Source of the DNA: Phyllosticta citribraziliensis
Lineage: Eukaryota
Assembly (NCBI RefSeq): GCF_038025025.1
Contig: NW_027117342.1
Coordinates: 2,108,001-2,172,000 of the forward strand
DNA: 64,000 bases
Reading direction: 5' to 3'
In this document: positions 49,196-64,000 of the stretch, piece by piece
Layout of the letters: every line of letters starts with the position of its first letter
Position numbering within the stretch: position 1 is the stretch's first letter
Notes under the pieces: generated by a model
Told to the model about the DNA's origin: nothing
What the model saw: the letters and a program-made list of their open reading frames with translations, nothing else
The model's database searches: none
Translations under genes and position numbers: made by a program

Positions 49196-52100
49196 CGCTG
49201 CAAGCACAAGTTGCGAACACTCAGGATCGAAACAGTCGAGGCAAGCTACCCTGGCACTTCGAGAAAGCAACTGTCCGTCGATTTTCTGCACGCAGACACG
49301 TCAAGGCGACAAAGGTCTGCAGGGATTTTGAAGGACTTTATTGTTCGCTTCTCGGCGCCCTGTGCTCGTGAACGTACCGCTCGTCCACAAGCCAAGCCGG
49401 AGCATCATAGCGAAATGGCTAGCCTGTGCGGATTCAGGCTATGTGACTTGGCAAAATACACCGACGTGCCCACGGGGCTTGTCGAGAATGATGTCAGGCT
49501 TCCCCATGAGGGAATCATCAGTACCAGGGACATCAGCTCTGACGAATCACAGGCAGGATACAATTTACGGCTACTCATGTTGACAGCCAAGAACGCCTCG
49601 ACCCCATATTTCTCTCATATTCTGTCGTTATAGGAGCACTCGTGCGCCGGATGATCACGGCTTCCGGAATATGGCCATTCCGTGAAGCCATGAGGGTCGA
49701 AGATTTTCTTCTTGAAGAAGTCCAAAAGTTGGTGGACGGCCTCATCCAAATGTGGGGGTGGCTAGCCAAAGCGCGGGGATCCTGGGACCCTTACCCCGCG
49801 TGGGGTCATGGCGCTGAGACAAGTAATATCCCAGAATTCGTTCAGGGACCAAACCAGCTGTTTCAAAGGAGGCTCAAGAGGCAAGTCGAGGCGGAAAAGC
49901 ACTTAGCTGGGCGGGAGCTATTCATATCGCCGTAGTTCTTCTCGGCGCTCGCCAAGTTTCTAACTCGCCACAACCTCTTGCGCATTCTATCCGTCACAAT
50001 CAAAAAAAGTACTGAGACGACGGAACAAAACCCGTGTTGCTGACCACAGCTTTTGAGTGAGTCCTGTCATAAAAGTTGTAACGCCAGCAAGCGAATCAAA
50101 ACCTTCTCCGACGCAATTTTTCGCTTATACTTTCAGACTCTTTTCAAGCCTATTTCCAATCACTCGCATCGCAGGGAATCACCAACTCATGAGTTCGACT
50201 TTTGCAAAAGCAATGCCTCTCGAGACATGGACGGTTTGACCTTTTCATGCGGTGGCAACGCAGGAATACAACTTCCTCCAGGCATGTCGCTGATGTTTCA
50301 ACAGCGGGCAAAAGAAAGACCTGGTTCAGGAATAGCAAGACCAACAACGAAGCCCCCTGTTCATACTGTCGATCCATGATGAGGCCTAGGGTCCCTTTGC
50401 GAAGACCATGTACCTTTTTCTGCCCCAAGGATGACCCATTGCGAAGACAAACCTGAAATCAGCGGAACCCAGACCCTGAGGCCCGCTAGCGAGGCCACCG
50501 ACTACGTTGAGGTTCCGGCTTCCATCATGACGGACATTCCTGCACGAAACTTCCACGAAAACAGAGTTTTGAAGGAGACGCTGACTCCGGTATCCGGATC
50601 AAAGTCAGAGTCAGTCAGCCGGCGCGCAATCCACGTGGGCACCTGACTGGGCGCAGACTCGAGTGCTGCAGACAAGCCGATGAAAAGGCGTCGAGCGAAC
50701 AAAGTGGCACAGGATGCAGACGACGAAAAAGCGCCAGACTCAACCACAGCCAACGCGTATCTACGGTCACACAGCTAGGATCAACAGGAGAAGCAGCCAA
50801 CAGCCCGTCGAACCGAACTCACCGCGCAACGGCGGCGCGCATGATCAGTGACACCATGAGCCCTGCATCCACGCGCGCCTGGAACGCGCACAATGCCACG
50901 CGCTTATCGAATGCGCAAAGTCTCGAGCCCTCGAGAACATCCGAGACGGCCGGCTGGCGGCCGCGGCTGACGCACACCACCTCCACCAGCACGGCGTCTA
51001 CATACCCGCCAGGTCGGTACATTGGTAAGTGGTGGGCCAGATGGCTGGGCGCATTCCGAAGCCTATCAAGCACGCTGCAGCCACCCACCCCTCATCCATC
51101 CATTGAATGGGCAGAGCGACTCGTCACAAAATGCCGATGCAAGGACTGCCGCTCGCCGGCAGCGTGGGAAGAAAGAGGCACTGCGAGAACGAGATGCACG
51201 CGACTGGTCGATTGGCGGCTGTTGCAGCGGACACGGCTTTTTTGTGCGAGTCGTGAGACACCGCCAGAGGAACAGAGCTTTTGAATTGCACAGCAGATGG
51301 CGCCGCTTGTGTCTCTCGCACACCCTTCGTCGCGATAGGAGCGCGCGGTTTCCATTGATCCAGCGCGCACGGAAAGAGTGTCGGCGTGCGCGAGACAAGC
51401 TAGGTGCTGCAATAATTTGAGGTGGCGTATTGAGACTCACCTAGCTGCTTAGCATGCCGCCTCAACACCACAACTTGCTATCACAACTATCACTACCACC
51501 ACCGTAGTCTTTTTTAATTGACGCAGCCTGATTGTAACCGCCACGTCGCAATTCTCACCACCACACAACACAGCAAATACGAACCTGCAATCAACGCAAC
51601 GCAATGCAATTCCACCGCTCACTCCATCCATCTGCAATAGGTAGTCGTCGACGGATGGCGACATCAATCACGGTTACATCAGCACGCCACACCTACGCCG
51701 CTAGCACCAGCACGGCACGTCCACCGACTGACTGTCTGCGCGGCTGCCTCTTTCTTTTGCAAGGATCAGATTGCCAATTAATCAGCCAGAATGGCTTCCC
51801 TGTATGTACTACACATGTAGGTGTACCGAGTGCCTGCCCCAGGACGGCTTTGTCGTTTCGCCTCCTCTGCTCCACACGCACTCCCGCAGACCCTTTTTCT
51901 GATGCGTGAGGGGACATCCCCACACCCCACCCCCGCTCGCCTCCTGCCCCACCACTGCCAAACCTGGCTTGACGCATTCCGGGGTCTCACTTCTGATCCT
52001 TCTGTTCTTTGTTTGACGGACAGACCGCTGAATCAACAAACCAGACACACCCCAGTAACTTCTTTCCTCCGAGCTCCATCGTCGCCGTCACCATACACAT

Positions 52101-52990
52101 GCCCTGCCCTTCCTTGTTCCTTACATACGCCCCCCGGCGAAATTCCCCAGACACCCTGTCTCAAGGAATCATCCCCGCAAACCCTTCCCCAGGTTTCGCC
52201 TCGCTGCCTGCAAGAGATCCCTGTCCGCTCTTCCGCCTCGTCCCCTAACAACCCTCCACGCGTGAGCGACTGCCATTGTCCGGTCTGCGTCGCCACCGGG
52301 GCCTAGCCGTCCTGCTGTTTCTGGACGTGCTGTGGCTAAGCAGCAATCACAGGAGCAAAAGGGAGTCGAGGTGTAGTTGTAGCAAAAAGCAGGTTGGGAA
52401 TAGGATTCTGCTCAATTGTTCATCGTGCTGAAGAACCAGGACGCAGCAAGAGGTAAAGAGACGCACATGTAGAAAGCAATAGAGAAAGTACAATGAAACT
52501 GTTAGCACGAGTTTTGGCCTTTGCGACTCCTACTCCTACCCACCTCACGCTCAGAAGACGAAACCCCCCAACCAAGCCATGTTCTTGTCGAGACAGTAAC
52601 CATGGCAGAGCAGACTGTCCGCAACGACAATGTCATCGCTCTACAAATACGGCTCCGCTCGGCCAAACACCTCTCAGACACGGAGACACGGCGGTAAGTT
52701 CTGGGGTAGCACAAAAGAGGGGCTACATACCTTGCGCACCAACAACACACGCGAGCGCGCACACACATACCTAGCTGCAGCTTTGGCGGACGCATTGCCG
52801 TAAAGCCGCTGCCCACACGCGGGCGGGGGAGGCGTTCGGAGGAGAATGAAGGAAGCCAGCCAGCCAGCCAGCGACATCCTGGAGCGGACCTACTGCCTCC
52901 ATACCCACCTGTACCTCACTACCACACGCTCGTAGGTATCTTGTCGGTATTTACCTTACCTACCATACCTCAGCTTGTCCTTGCTTGTCT

Positions 52991-53062
52991 GCTTGCCTGC
53001 TTGCCTGCTTGCCTGCTTGCCTGCTTGCCTGCTTGCCTGCTTGCCTGCTTGCCTGCTTGCCT
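52991..53062. repeat. Octamer tandem repeat (GCTTGCCT)x9
   Basis: Perfect tandem array ending ~50 nt upstream of the MFS start codon. Confidence 0.95.
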
Positions 53063-53112
53063 ACCTTGCGCAACTCGGTACCGATTAACCTGCTCCCAGG
53101 AGGTCGCCTCAG

Positions 53113-55043
53113 ATGGCCGACAGAGCCATGATAGACGAGGAAAAGGGCGGCGCGACGGCGTCCATCACGTCCAAAGCCAACGTCTCGCACGTCGTCGAGG
53201 ACGTCGAGGCGGGGAAGAGCGAAATCGAGGTACGCTCGTCCGGTCCCAACCACAACAATCCGCAGCTCAACACAACGCCCCACCACCAGAAGACTAACAA
53301 GCAGAGCGCGACAACAGCCACAATCGCCCATCTTCGCGCTGCCGCCCACCGTGCACGCCGACTACAACGCGCACAACAGCGCCGCCGACCGGGCACTGCT
53401 ATGGCGGCAAGACGTGCGGCTCGTCCCGCTGACCAGCTTCTGCTACCTGCTCTGCTACCTGGACCGCTCCAACATCGGCAACGCCAAGGTGCTGAACGCC
53501 GATGCCGGCAACGACTTGCTGACCGAGACGCGCATGGACAACTACCAATACACCATTGCACTCATGGTGTTTTTGATTTCGTACACGTACGTCTGTCCTT
53601 GTTTGCTTTTGGTCGGTGGTGGTGGTGGTAGTGTTGGTGTTGTCGAGTAGCGGGAAGCTGACGTTTTCCGCTTGGTTGCGTGCACTGCAGGATTTTCGAA
53701 GTGCCGTCGAATTACTTGCTCAAGAAGACGAGTCCTTCGCGGTGGATCGCCTTCCTCATGTTCTCCTGGGGCGCCATCACCATTGGCCTGGGAGGAGCGC
53801 AAAACTTTGCCACTGTCACTGCAGTGCGGTTCCTACTCGGCATCTTCGAAGCTGGTAAGTCAGCACTTTGGACAGTGCCACGTTTTCCGCCATTCATGCT
53901 GATCGATGCTGCAGGTCTGTTTCCCGGTCTGATATACTACTTCAGTGAGTATCCCAAGCTCTTTCTCTGTTCAACAGCCATCTAAACCACCCCGTGCAGC
54001 CTTCTGGTATCGCAGCGAGGAACGTAGTCTCCGCGCAGGGCTGATGATTGGCTCGGCATCCTTGGCCGGAGCCTTTGGTGGCGCCATTGCGTACGGCGTC
54101 GGACACATGAATGGCACCAGCGGGCTCTCGGCATGGCGGTGGCTGTTCATCCTCGAAGGCATTCCATCGTGCCTGTCGGCCATGCTCATCTACTTTTGCC
54201 TGCCAGACTACCCGGAGACGGCCCGCTGGCTGTCTGACGCCGAAAAGGCGCTGGCGGCGGAGCGGCTGCGGCTCGATGGCAGCAAGGGGAGTGATGGCTC
54301 CTTGACTTGGAAGGAGGCAAAGGAGACGCTGACTGAATGGCGTCTCTATGCCCACTACGCACTGTATTTTGGCATCAGCGCTCCGTATAGTAGCTTGAGT
54401 CTCTTCACCCCAAGCATCACTGGCGGGCTGAATTACGTCGGGCTGCAGGCCCAGTTGATGACGGTCCCGCCGTATGCTGTTGCGTACGTCGTGACGATTG
54501 CTGTTGCGTGGTCCGCGGACCACTTCAACGCGTAGGTTCGCTCGTGGAGAAGCCGAGGATTCCGCTGACAAGACATTTGGTAGACGTGCGCTTCACTCGG
54601 CCTGCCTTGCTACCATCGGGGCAGTTGGATTCCTGGCTTCCGCAGTCCTGCCGGCAGACGCCTATGTGGTTTGTCCGCCGTCAAATCTGGATCCGGTTCC
54701 AGGCTAACTGAATCAGCAACGCTATGGATGCCTCATCGTCGGCACCGTCGGTTCCTTTTCGTGCATCCCGCCCCTCTTGGGTTGGCTCTCATCCAACATG
54801 TTCAACACGGCTGCGACTGGTCTAGCGATCGCCATGAATGTGTCCTTGGGAGCACCGGGTCAGATAACCGGCGTGTGGATTTACAAGGCCGACGAGAAGA
54901 CCAAGGGCTACCCGACGGGGCACTGGGTCAACGCTGGATTGCTCTTTTTCGTGGCGGTGGGTGGCTTGGGCCTAAGGTCCTACTACCGCATGCTAAACAG
55001 GCGGACACAGAGGGGCGGCGGAGACAGGCTGTACGTGTACTGA
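53113..55043 (+). CDS. MFS transporter, anion:cation symporter (Dal5/Tna1 allantoate-nicotinate permease-like)
   Basis: DVRLVP..YLLCYLDRSNIGNAK, FEVPSN, RFLLGIFEAGLFPG, FWYRSEE, WRWLFILEG..LPDYPETA and AQLMTVPPY. Introns ~53230-53317 (acceptor uncertain), 53587-53690, 53855-53914, 53945-53999, 54532-54583 and 54669-54716. Confidence 0.92.
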
Positions 55044-57568
55044 AACAGTTTCGAGTTTCGTCAAGCGGCAGGCAGCGAGGCAAGATTCCAGACATTGAAC
55101 AGAATTGCGGATCCAAGGCGTTTGGTGTTTCCGTCTGGACCGAAGGGTGGTGCGTCACCATGATTTTAGTCGCTGTTTTTGGTTGGCCTCACAGTGCCGG
55201 CCGATGCTCCGGGAACCAAGGAGAAAAGGTCGCGGGCACACCCTTGCAACGCACGACAGCCGGCTTCTCCGCCTTTCCAAAAATGCATCAGACCACCACA
55301 GCTCAACACCAACAACGCCCACAGAAATTCTGGCGATGACGTTGAATATGATGATGGCGTGAAGAAAGAGAGTAGCGGCGTATTCGTCGTGGATGACTCA
55401 CATATCATCTGATCTGCCGGTACCGCAAGAGCCACGGCTTGCCACTGCTCAGTGCGAAGATCACAGCTCAAAAGGCCGTGTGTAGAGGGTCGCGGGGGTG
55501 GCATCGGACGCGGCTATCTTTCTCCCAAAAAGATGTACACCGCTTGTCGGCGGGGCAGTGCTTTGGCCCCATTTTTGAGGACGAGCAGAGGATGGCGAGT
55601 CGAGTCGGTGTGGGTAGGCGTCATGGCCAGGTGGTGGCAGACGATAGGACAGGTCGTGGAAGTTTTTTGCCGCTCTGGAGGGGAAAAGTGGATATGGGGT
55701 CGTCGTCGGCCAGGGCAACTGGAGGGCGAGTCGAGCGGAAGCGGGTGCGGGGCAGGGCGACGGCGTGGGAAGGTTGGTTGGAGGGGGGTGATGAAGATGG
55801 AAGGTTGGGAATGTCGATGGTTGCGCTGGCAGAAGTGAGGCGGAGAAGAAGCGACGTCATGGATGAAGAAAACCAAGAGGTCTGAGGGTGTTGTGGAGAG
55901 GGATGGACTTCGGGTAGAGCCGAGTCGCCCGTTTGGGGTCTGGTGAGGTTTCGGGGCTGGGGGAGGCGTCCAAGCACGACGCCTTGGTGCAAAAATAGGC
56001 GCTGCAAGATGATGGGACGAGTCCTTGGCGGACGATGGAGACCGTGTAGAGATGGATGGTGGAGAGGGAAAAAGAGGCGGCTGCATCAGACCTTGTCGTC
56101 AGCAGCGGAGGGAGGAAGCAAAGGAAAGCGACGCGACGGTAGGGTAGGCGATCGGGCCGAGAGTGGTGTCGGCGGCGACGTGAGCAGCACAGATTTCTCT
56201 CAGAGGGAGTCGAGCAGCCTGCACGTGGAGCAACGGGCGGACAGGCGAAGGACAGCATGGGTGGGTGGTGGTGGTGGTGGTGGTGGTGGTCAACGGCATT
56301 CCCGAGTCATTCGGCTTGGCTGAGGTTGGCTCACGCAAGGGCCTGGCCTGTGTCGTCGGCCGTGTCCTGTGCGCGTGAGCCGTGGCGCCGGCTGACGGTG
56401 ACGGGGATGCGCTGCCAGCGTAAACAAAACAACATGAACATGGGATGAGGCTCCCTTGCGAGAACCATGGCCCCGGAACCCTCGAAACAGGGAGACGGGA
56501 TGGCAATTAAGTCAATTTGGCGCTGGTCTTGTCCCCCGACCCTCACCGCCTGCTGCTCATGTCATCGCAGGAGGGCTTCCCGCCTAGGCGCATGCACGCG
56601 CTGCAGCTGTGGATCTGATATGTACAAAGGGAGAAGCATCGCCGCCACCAGGTCGCACAACCTACCTTTGTGGCTAACGACTGCACCGCAGATCGCGACA
56701 CTGAAGATGCGGGCCACGCTGGACCTGACTCTCCAACGAGATGAAGGAACGCTTCAAGGCCGAGTTGCCGGCCATGGTCGATCAGGCAAAGGACCGGACG
56801 TGATAATCGTCGGGCCCAAGTCGGAAGCACTCGAAAGGCACCCGATATCAGGCCACAGTTCTGGAGCGCAGTTGGCGCGACGTTGTGAAGATGAGAATCG
56901 CGCATGACTAGAGAGCGGCAGAGGTGGTTGGACTTCAGGGTCCAAGCATCCATCCACCCATGCAGCTGAAGGGACATGTGACATGAGGCTTTCTGAAGTT
57001 GCGCTGCAGGCATCGAACGGCAGAGAGAGAGAGAGTGTGTGTGAATGGAGTCGTTGGCTGTGTCGTCGCTGGCTGTGTCGTCGCGATTGGCTGGCGGCAC
57101 CGCTATCATGTCAACCACCGGCAAGTCACCCACTGTGAGCCAGCCAGCGGGCGGTTGCTCGGCGGCATCCTGAGGGAATCTCGCAATCTCATGTTCGTTC
57201 TCTCTCTCCCTCTGTATCCTTCGTTCCGTCATCCCACCCGTGCGTCGTACCCAGCCGCCCTGAACCCTGGCCCGGCACTGCCAACGTCCACTTTTGGCTA
57301 CCTTACGCCAGACAGTCCCCGTCACAAGCCTGCCACCCTAACGCTTCCCTTTTGCTTCCGCCCTTCAACGCTTTTTCCCTTCGATCCACTACACCACCAC
57401 TCCTCCATCCCGACCGGCCTGGCCCTGACCTCTCGACGCTGCCTGTCCCACCCCGCTACAAAGCGTGCCACAGCCGCCCACCGCTTCGAGGCGCCTGCAG
57501 CTTGCACTACACCACCACTCGCTATTGGATCCTCCCCACGCGTCCCCTGCGATACCCTCACCGGCTGC

Positions 57569-57604
<36 letters not shown>

Positions 57605-58050
57605 CCACCACCGCACGCTGCCAGTTATCTGCCCTCGTCTGGCCCGCCCTCCGCCCACTGCACCGTCCTCGGGCCCCAACCGACACTGGTCACCGTACGT
57701 GCTCTGCGTCTTCCCTTTTCTTGCCTCTGCTCCGCATGTCGATCAGGAGATCCCAAAAAACCACCTGCACCAAGCGCGAGCTTGGGTCCCCACTGCAATT
57801 TTATGCACCTCTTTGCTTTGCCCTCGTCCTCCGCGTGCTTGTCCAACATGAGCCTCTCAACTGACACTCCGTAGCACCGCTTTGGCAATTTTGTCTCAGG
57901 CCCCAAACGAGTCCCGCTTCTCCCTCCCTCCGCCGACTGCCTCTGATCTCCTGCTCGCTGCCCACCCCTCGAAGCCCCTGACGTACACAGCTTGTCGATA
58001 TTTTCTTCTGATCCGCTGGTAAATGTATCAGACTTGCTGAGCTTCTCGAC

Positions 58051-60510
58051 ATGGATACTGAGGATGGAAACACGTTCATAAAGGTTTGTTTGTCCCCCAG
58101 GCGTTCGAAACATTCTGTTCCTGCTAACCTCTGGGCCTCGTAGAACCTCGCTCACTTCGTCCGCACCCACGAAAAGGCCCTGGCGAATGCCCTGCAACTG
58201 CGGAGACAGTCTTTGAAGAATGGAACCCCAACCACGTCCGCCGCTGGGCCAACTTCGCCCACGGCCACATCTGCCTCCGCTTCCACATTTGCCGCCGCCT
58301 TATCGTTACCCTACCTTAACTTTGCCTCTCATAGCGTCAAGCCTGTGAAGCTTACGCTCACTCCACACCACTTATTCTACTTGCTCTCGCGTTTCGAGGA
58401 ATTGGGTATCCCGGTGGGACCTATGAATGTTCGACTGGAAAACATCCACTCAGATTCGTCCCCGACCAACTACGTCTCCTTCCTTAGTCAAGCGCAGCGC
58501 AAGAAGAGCGGCATTTCTGACAGGGACTCGATCCACTCCGTCACGAGCATGCGTAGCGTAGTTTCCGGCATGTCCTCTCTGTGGGCAAGCATCGGTCTCT
58601 CGTCCAACTCGGCCGCCAAGACTGAGAGGCAAAAGGCTGCGATAAAAGAAGATTTGATCTACCTTTACTCGGCCTTCACCAAGATTCCTTGTCTTCGGCT
58701 AGCCCCGGACCACAAGGCTCGTCTCATTGCTGGCTACGAGGAGTTCCCCTTTGACACCGCAGTCCCGCTTTTCATCTTCAAAAACCTTAGCGCCCTTGAG
58801 ATTATCGACGTCGACTTTCGCCAGTTCTACGGCTGGGACCGGCTGGCCGAGCAACTCCGAAGCCTCACCATCAAGCGTGGCGGTGTTGAGGAGCCCACAG
58901 ATTTGCTAATCAACATCGTTCTCGACGATGCAGACAAGCGTCGGAGAAGGTCCGCAAAAACCTCGCCTTTCCCCGTCTTCCCACCGCCTGGATCGACCAG
59001 TCCAGGTAGCAAAAGCGCAGAGGTTGCGCGCTCCGTCTTCACCCCGCCTTCCCCCACCATGTTTGACAGGCGAGCTTCCATAGCTGCGCCTCAAGCCTTG
59101 TCCATGGGACGACAAGAATCAACCGGGTCCAGGCGCACTAGGAGACGAAGCATTTCCCCCACAAGGCCCAAGACCGCAAGGCATGGATCGTATGCACATG
59201 CGCGTACAAGCACCCCCAACCTCCGACGTTCGTCCGGTAGCTCCGGATCCAGTGGTCGATCCACGACCCCGCGAGGAAGCTCCTCGAACTTGCTGGCTCT
59301 TGGCGCCCTCTCGCCGAACAAGTGGCGTTTCCTGAAGCATCTCAGCTTGGCCGAGAATCGCCTGTCGACCATTTCGGCCGGCGCTCTTGCGCCGCTTGCC
59401 AACACTCTCCAGTCACTTGACCTGTCGTCGAACTTGTTCACCGAGATTCCAGACAGCTTGGCCACGCTGACATCACTGAGGGCTCTCAACCTGTCCCATT
59501 GCATGATTGAGCTGCTCCACTCGCTGGCCAGGAACCCACTTCCTGCCATTACGACCCTGAACTTGCGTGCTAATCGCCTCGTCTCCCTTGCGGGCATTGA
59601 GCGCCTGCTCTCCCTTGAGCGGCTAGACCTCAGGGAGAACAGGCTCACTGACCCTGTGGAGATTGCTCGTCTGACCGGCATTCCCGAGATGCAAGAGATC
59701 TACGTCCAAAAGAATCCGTTCTGCAAAACCCACTCCAATTACCGCGTGACCATTTTCAACCTGTTTCGAAGTTACCCGGGCTACACCGAAGACATCATCA
59801 TTGATTCGGCCCCGCCGGGCTATAGTGAACGCAAGCAGCTTGTGGATCGTGTGCCCGAGAATGCGCCTCCCCCTGTCATTCAGCTGAAACCCATTGAGGA
59901 CATCTTTGCAGAGACGGGTGCGGCCCCAGTGCAGGAACCTCCAGTGCACGCCCCCGGTGAGGAGCGTCAAACCAGCCTCGAGGGCTCACGGAAGGTGCAT
60001 GGCGAGCGCGTGGTCGGCTCAATCAAAAAGCGGAGAGGGCCTAAGCGGAGGATCGTGGAGTTGTCTCAGACTGATGGCTCTGCCCACCAACGAACCGACT
60101 CGGCCATGATGTCTTCGCCGCAAGCTACCAAGCCCGCGCCGCCGGCTGATGGTACGTTCGGTGGAATTTCCGAGACCCCGGCCAGCCGCATCACGACTGC
60201 GCCTGCGGCACAAACCCACCAACTGCCCCAAATCGACACGCGGATCAGCTCAGGGCCGCTCGCGGCCGAGCTTGATTTCAGTTCCATGGTCACCAAGGAA
60301 CACGACGTCGGAAGCGACTTGTACAAGAAGAAGATCGAGGCCCTCAAGAACGACTTTGGCCAAAGTTGGCTGAATGCGCTGAGCGACGAGACGTGGGACA
60401 GCAAGACAAGCATCGCGTATCAAGACGCGGTGAGCCCCACAATGAAGCCCACACTCTCGACCAGGACTGCCAGTCAAAGCATAGTGTCTGGCGGCAGGAC
60501 GCTTGGATGA
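58051..60510 (+). CDS. Leucine-rich-repeat protein (fungal LRR family)
   Basis: MDTEDGNTFIK, intron 58084-58143, then NLAHFVRTHEKALANALQ. LRR units LKHLSLAENRL, LQSLDLSSNLF, LRALNLSHCMI, ITTLNLRANRL and LERLDLRENRL, with a capping NPFC. Confidence 0.88.
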
Positions 60511-61924
60511 AGCAAAAGATGAAGAGGTGAAAAGTTGAGGTTGATGTTGATTTCCCGGAAAAGCATTACAAAAAAGGAGGGACGGGCACGGGATTCCGGT
60601 CTTACGACAGGCACGATTTTCCTCTCCACTTATTGGGTTTGGCAGCGGTTTCTGGAGATGATTTTTGAGGAGATTGGAGCATGCAATGTCGGCGTTTTGA
60701 TGCACGATAGGTGTGGGAGGTTTTTCCAGATATCCACTTGTGTCTGATTGTATGCTTTGTTGTTTGTTTGCGCATCAGCATGACGAGCCGAGGGGCTCAC
60801 GGTCGCTTTGCCTCTCTTTTTTTTTTTTTTTTTTTTTCTCTCTCTCTCTTCTTTTTCTTTTCCCTCCTGTTTCTCGCGTATCTACTCAACGGCCCCTGTA
60901 TTTCTATGGGAGAGGACATTATTATTCGCGTTGGAGACGGCTCTCTGGAATACACTGCAAAGGATAGACGCGGGGATGATGGCGGCTTTTTCTTGTTTCT
61001 CTTCATTTCATGGGTGGGACTGTCGATTCAAGGCGTGAGGGACTAAAGAACGATGAGATAGTTGAATGCGACGATTGTGGCAAAAGGTTCCATTGCGATG
61101 CGACGAGGCTCACGTGACGCTGATTGGCTGCTGTTGTGGTCGAGGTGGACGAGTTGGAAGACGAGCCGGCAGCGGGCGTACATGGCGTGCGTCAAGGCGC
61201 ATCGTGGAGGGGCAGATGTTGTGCATGGCGTTTTGTACAGGAAGAGGCCAGGCAGGCCGGCAGATAGGGCTGTGCGTGGCCATGAACAGGTACAAGACTA
61301 AACATGGCGAGCGAGGTGGTGCTGGCTGTGGCTATGCTGGCAGGCTAGACCGAAGAGAAGACGGGAAATGGACGTATTTGAAGACGTGGACGACGCTATG
61401 GGCACGCGTATGCAGCAATGTCTAGGGCGGCGAGCCGCGTCAAGCCGGGAGCGGCAGTTGAGCGACCTGACCTGAGTGGAGTGGAGAGAGGGCAGACGAG
61501 ACGAGACGAGCGAAATGGATGGGCTTTGTTTTCTTTCAGGGACGAGACGTCGGGCGCCAACGAACGAATCGAGTCGAGGTGGGGGCAGCGGGATGGCTAT
61601 GGATAGCACATTTTGGACTGACCGGTGGCTTCGTGAGAGAGTTGGAGTCGACCGACTGGAGGCGTGAATTCAGTCCAGTCTGCCTGTCTGTGTCTGTTGT
61701 TGTCTGGCCCTGGCTGTCCAGTGTGCAGTGAGCGCAGCGCAGCGCAGCGCAGCACCCGCACCACCCTCGCTCGCTCCCACGCCTACCCACGCCCATCTCT
61801 TTCGCTCCTCTCCTCCTCCTCGTCTCCTCTCTTCTTCCCCTCCGTCGCACCCTGTCGTCTTCTCTGCTCTGCTCCCGACCACTGCACACCCCATCGGCTT
61901 CCATCTGTCCCCGCGCATCCCTTG

Positions 61925-61967
61925 GCTCTGCTCTGCTCTGCTCTGCTCTGCTCTGCTCTGCTCTGCT
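61925..61967. repeat. (GCTCT)n pentanucleotide microsatellite upstream of PP1
   Basis: About 8 perfect copies seen directly. Confidence 0.95.
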
Positions 61968-62804
61968 GAAACGCATTCCTCGATTGCGACTCTGCACGCT
62001 CTGCAATTTGCGGCCAGAGACCGTGCATTCCTGCCCGTTCCTAAACGAGAGAAGGCTCACTTCAAACTTCACGTCGACCGCCGCCCGCCTCCATCACCTA
62101 CCAACCCATCAGCCTCACCACCCGTCCGCGACACGACGTCCACCACTCTGTCCGCCTCCACATCCGCCCTCGACCGCCTGCTTCGCGTCCTTGCGTGACG
62201 TGCATTCGACCTGCTGCAGCCGCGACCCACCTTGGCCGTGACCTGCCATACGCTCGACCGAGCCACGCCCTCTGACTCTCTAGCCTCCTGTGCTTGCTGA
62301 CAGCCCATCGTCTGCCCGCGACCGCCTCAAAGCTCTTCGCATCGGCATCCCACCTCGACTGACGCCCCGAGCACCTCGACCCCAGTCGCGTGATTGCATC
62401 CTCGCCGCCGGGCGACCTCTCGAGGGGCTCAAGAGCCAAAACGCCACTACCCGACCTGAATTGATCTGAATCACCGCTAAAAGCATCGTTTGTCTGCCGG
62501 AGTCGGGGTTCCTAGGGTCACAGGCAAGTTTTTTCTCGCTTTCATGTCCGAGCCCACCACGCTGCCTCTCCACTGCCCTCGCCGCCCTTCTCCTCTCCCC
62601 ACGCCCACACGCTATCCCTCATCAGTCGCACAACCACCACCCGCACGCTCGCTGACAAACGCAGACCAGGGCTTCGCAACACCTTCCACCTCCCCCGAGA
62701 AAGGCGCGTCGTCAGCCTCAGCCGGGCGCCAGCTCTGCATTCTCCCTCTCCTCCTCCCTCCTTACCTTTCTCGACTACGCGGCTGCCAACGGCAACGCCC
62801 GACC

Positions 62805-63975
<1,171 letters not shown>

Positions 63976-64000
63976 AGAACAAGATGGTCTGTGAACGATT

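Overview
Eukaryotic, intron-containing DNA from a filamentous ascomycete (short GT-AG introns with CTRAC/CTAAY branch sites; a Dothideomycete-like origin is an inference). I can support 16 protein-coding genes: an AhpD/CMD-like protein, a 4-finger C2H2 transcription factor, a SelW/Rdx-family redoxin, GPC1, SMC1, an FAD/NAD oxidoreductase, a Cys-rich type-I membrane protein, an alpha/beta-hydrolase ending in SKL, an NTF2-RRM G3BP-like protein, an atypical septin-like GTPase, a 1145-aa disordered protein, ATP16, a tannase/feruloyl esterase, an MFS permease, an LRR protein and the PP1 catalytic subunit. Long microsatellite-rich non-coding stretches lie between them. I saw no transposon, tRNA, rRNA or CRISPR. 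The standout is the C2H2 transcription-factor locus (13715-16304). Its zinc-finger ORF stops at a single in-frame TGA (15747-15749) in the leaky context TGA-CAA. A GC-rich hairpin starts 9 nt after the stop, and the frame stays open for 184 more codons encoding a domain-like sequence. This is a candidate programmed stop-codon readthrough; an in-frame 105-nt intron is the competing explanation. The same gene has two in-frame alternative 5' splice donors and a 12-kb gene-free upstream region. All identities are by motif recognition, not database searches, and exon boundaries were read by eye.
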